Below are positions 15,108 to 15,715 of a stretch of DNA of 15,715 nt, one piece after another; position 1 is the stretch's first letter, and the number at the start of each line of letters is the position of its first letter. The DNA is taken from positions 1-15,715 of the forward strand of contig JANPJS010000176.1 in assembly GCA_031425655.1 (NCBI GenBank). The letters run 5' to 3'. The notes under the pieces were generated by a model, which saw nothing but the letters and a program-made list of their open reading frames with translations, was not told where the DNA came from and did not search any database. Source of the DNA: Abditibacteriaceae bacterium (GTDB lineage Bacteria > Armatimonadota > Abditibacteriia > Abditibacteriales > Abditibacteriaceae). A program made the position numbers and the translations under genes.

Positions 15108-15197
15108 AACCACGGAGGCATAGCTCCGTGCGTAAGGTGAGTTAATAAGCGAAAAGTGCCGAAAAAAGGCGCGAAATTCGCTTATTTTGGAGCATTG

Positions 15198-15226
15198 TTG
15201 ACAACATATAGGCGTTGATATATGCT
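15198..15226 (+). promoter_or_regulatory. Sigma70 promoter of the cold-shock gene
   Basis: Consensus -35 TTGACA (15198-15203), 17-nt spacer, -10 TATGCT (15221-15226). Predicted TSS is ~15232. Confidence 0.8.
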
Positions 15227-15231
15227 TTGGA

Positions 15232-15390
15232 AAGCTCGAAAGGGCTTATTTAAAAATTGTCGGTCTGTTAGCGCGTAAATGTTGCAGCCTCACGGTGAAC
15301 CCTTCGGTAACCCTTCCCGGTCATTCCCACGGACATTCTCGTTAAATCTGCCAGACGCCTTCGTCACGACAATGCAAAGGATTTGTTTTT
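15232..15390 (+). promoter_or_regulatory. Long structured 5'UTR of the csp gene (candidate thermoregulatory leader)
   Basis: 5' hairpin AAGCTC-GAAA-GGGCTT and nested helices ATTGTCG/CGACAAT, GTCTG/CAGAC, TTAGCG/CGTTAA and AATGT/ACATT. SD-like AAGGA at 15377-15381. Confidence 0.55.
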
Positions 15391-15597
15391 ATGGCTAAGG
15401 GAACTGTCAAGTGGTTCAACGACTCGAAGGGCTTCGGTTTCATCGAGCAGGAAGGCGGCGGCGAAGACGTATTCGTGCATCACGCCGCGATTGAAGCCGA
15501 CGGCTATCGCTCGCTCAAAGAAGGCCAGCAGGTGGAATTTGAAGTGCGTCAGGAAGCCAAAGGCCTGCGCGCCGCCAACGTCCGCCCCATCAGCTAA
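15391..15597 (+). CDS. cspA: Cold-shock protein (CspA family)
   Basis: 68 aa with GTVKWFN, RNP1 KGFGFI, RNP2 VFVH and [10 protein letters not shown]. Confidence 0.97.
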   Translation: MAKGTVKWFNDSKGFGFIEQEGGGEDVFVHHAAIEADGYRSLKEGQQVEFEVRQEAKGLRAANVRPIS

Positions 15598-15610
15598 GTC
15601 GAAGACCCAA

Positions 15611-15653
15611 AAAACGCCCCGCCAATCGCAAGATTGGCGGGGCGTTTTATTTT
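15611..15653 (+). terminator. Rho-independent terminator (likely bidirectional)
   Basis: AAAACGCCCCGCCAATC-GCAA-GATTGGCGGGGCGTTTT followed by ATTTT: a perfect stem with a GNRA loop, 13 nt after the csp stop. Confidence 0.93.
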
Positions 15654-15715
15654 ACGCGAGGTTATTTTTAGACACAGTTTAAAAAGTCGAATTAACGCCG
15701 AAAGTAAGTGGAGTG

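Noticed and set aside
14889..15140. 83-aa plus ORF and overlapping 96-aa minus ORF (14831-15121)
   Set aside because: Both are largely translations of the inverted-repeat element, with no recognisable domain.
15256..15373. 6S RNA or other independent ncRNA
   Set aside because: It is rod-like but shorter than typical 6S RNA, lacks its own terminator and runs straight into the csp SD, so a 5'UTR explains it better.

Overview
Bacterial chromosomal window, mostly GC-rich coding sequence. The organism cannot be identified from the sequence; an Abditibacteriota/Armatimonadota-like origin is only my impression. A divergent sigma-70 family sigma factor gene (minus strand) lies head-to-head with a ~12.7 kb plus-strand gene run. 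The run is valS, a small antitoxin with a Doc-family toxin whose catalytic motif is degenerate, a hotdog thioesterase, an Fe(III)-type ABC binding lipoprotein and permease (no ATPase), a TPR-like protein, a FabF-like ketosynthase, a SAM methyltransferase, an FAD oxidoreductase, ugd and a PhyH-like dioxygenase. A convergent FecR-domain gene follows, then a cold-shock gene with a clear promoter, structured 5'UTR and terminator. Four observations stand out. (1) Two ~30-bp inverted-repeat elements share a hidden CGnnAAGA x3 architecture and a G-U pair at the same position, and one of them encodes a lipoprotein signal peptide. (2) A heptamer-periodic inverted repeat sits upstream of fabF. (3) A ~0.6 kb low-GC, CpG-poor in-frame segment lies inside valS, with possible smaller patches in neighbouring genes. 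(4) The ketosynthase-methyltransferase-oxidoreductase trio resembles type III PKS alkylresorcinol/quinone clusters but has a FabF-type enzyme instead.
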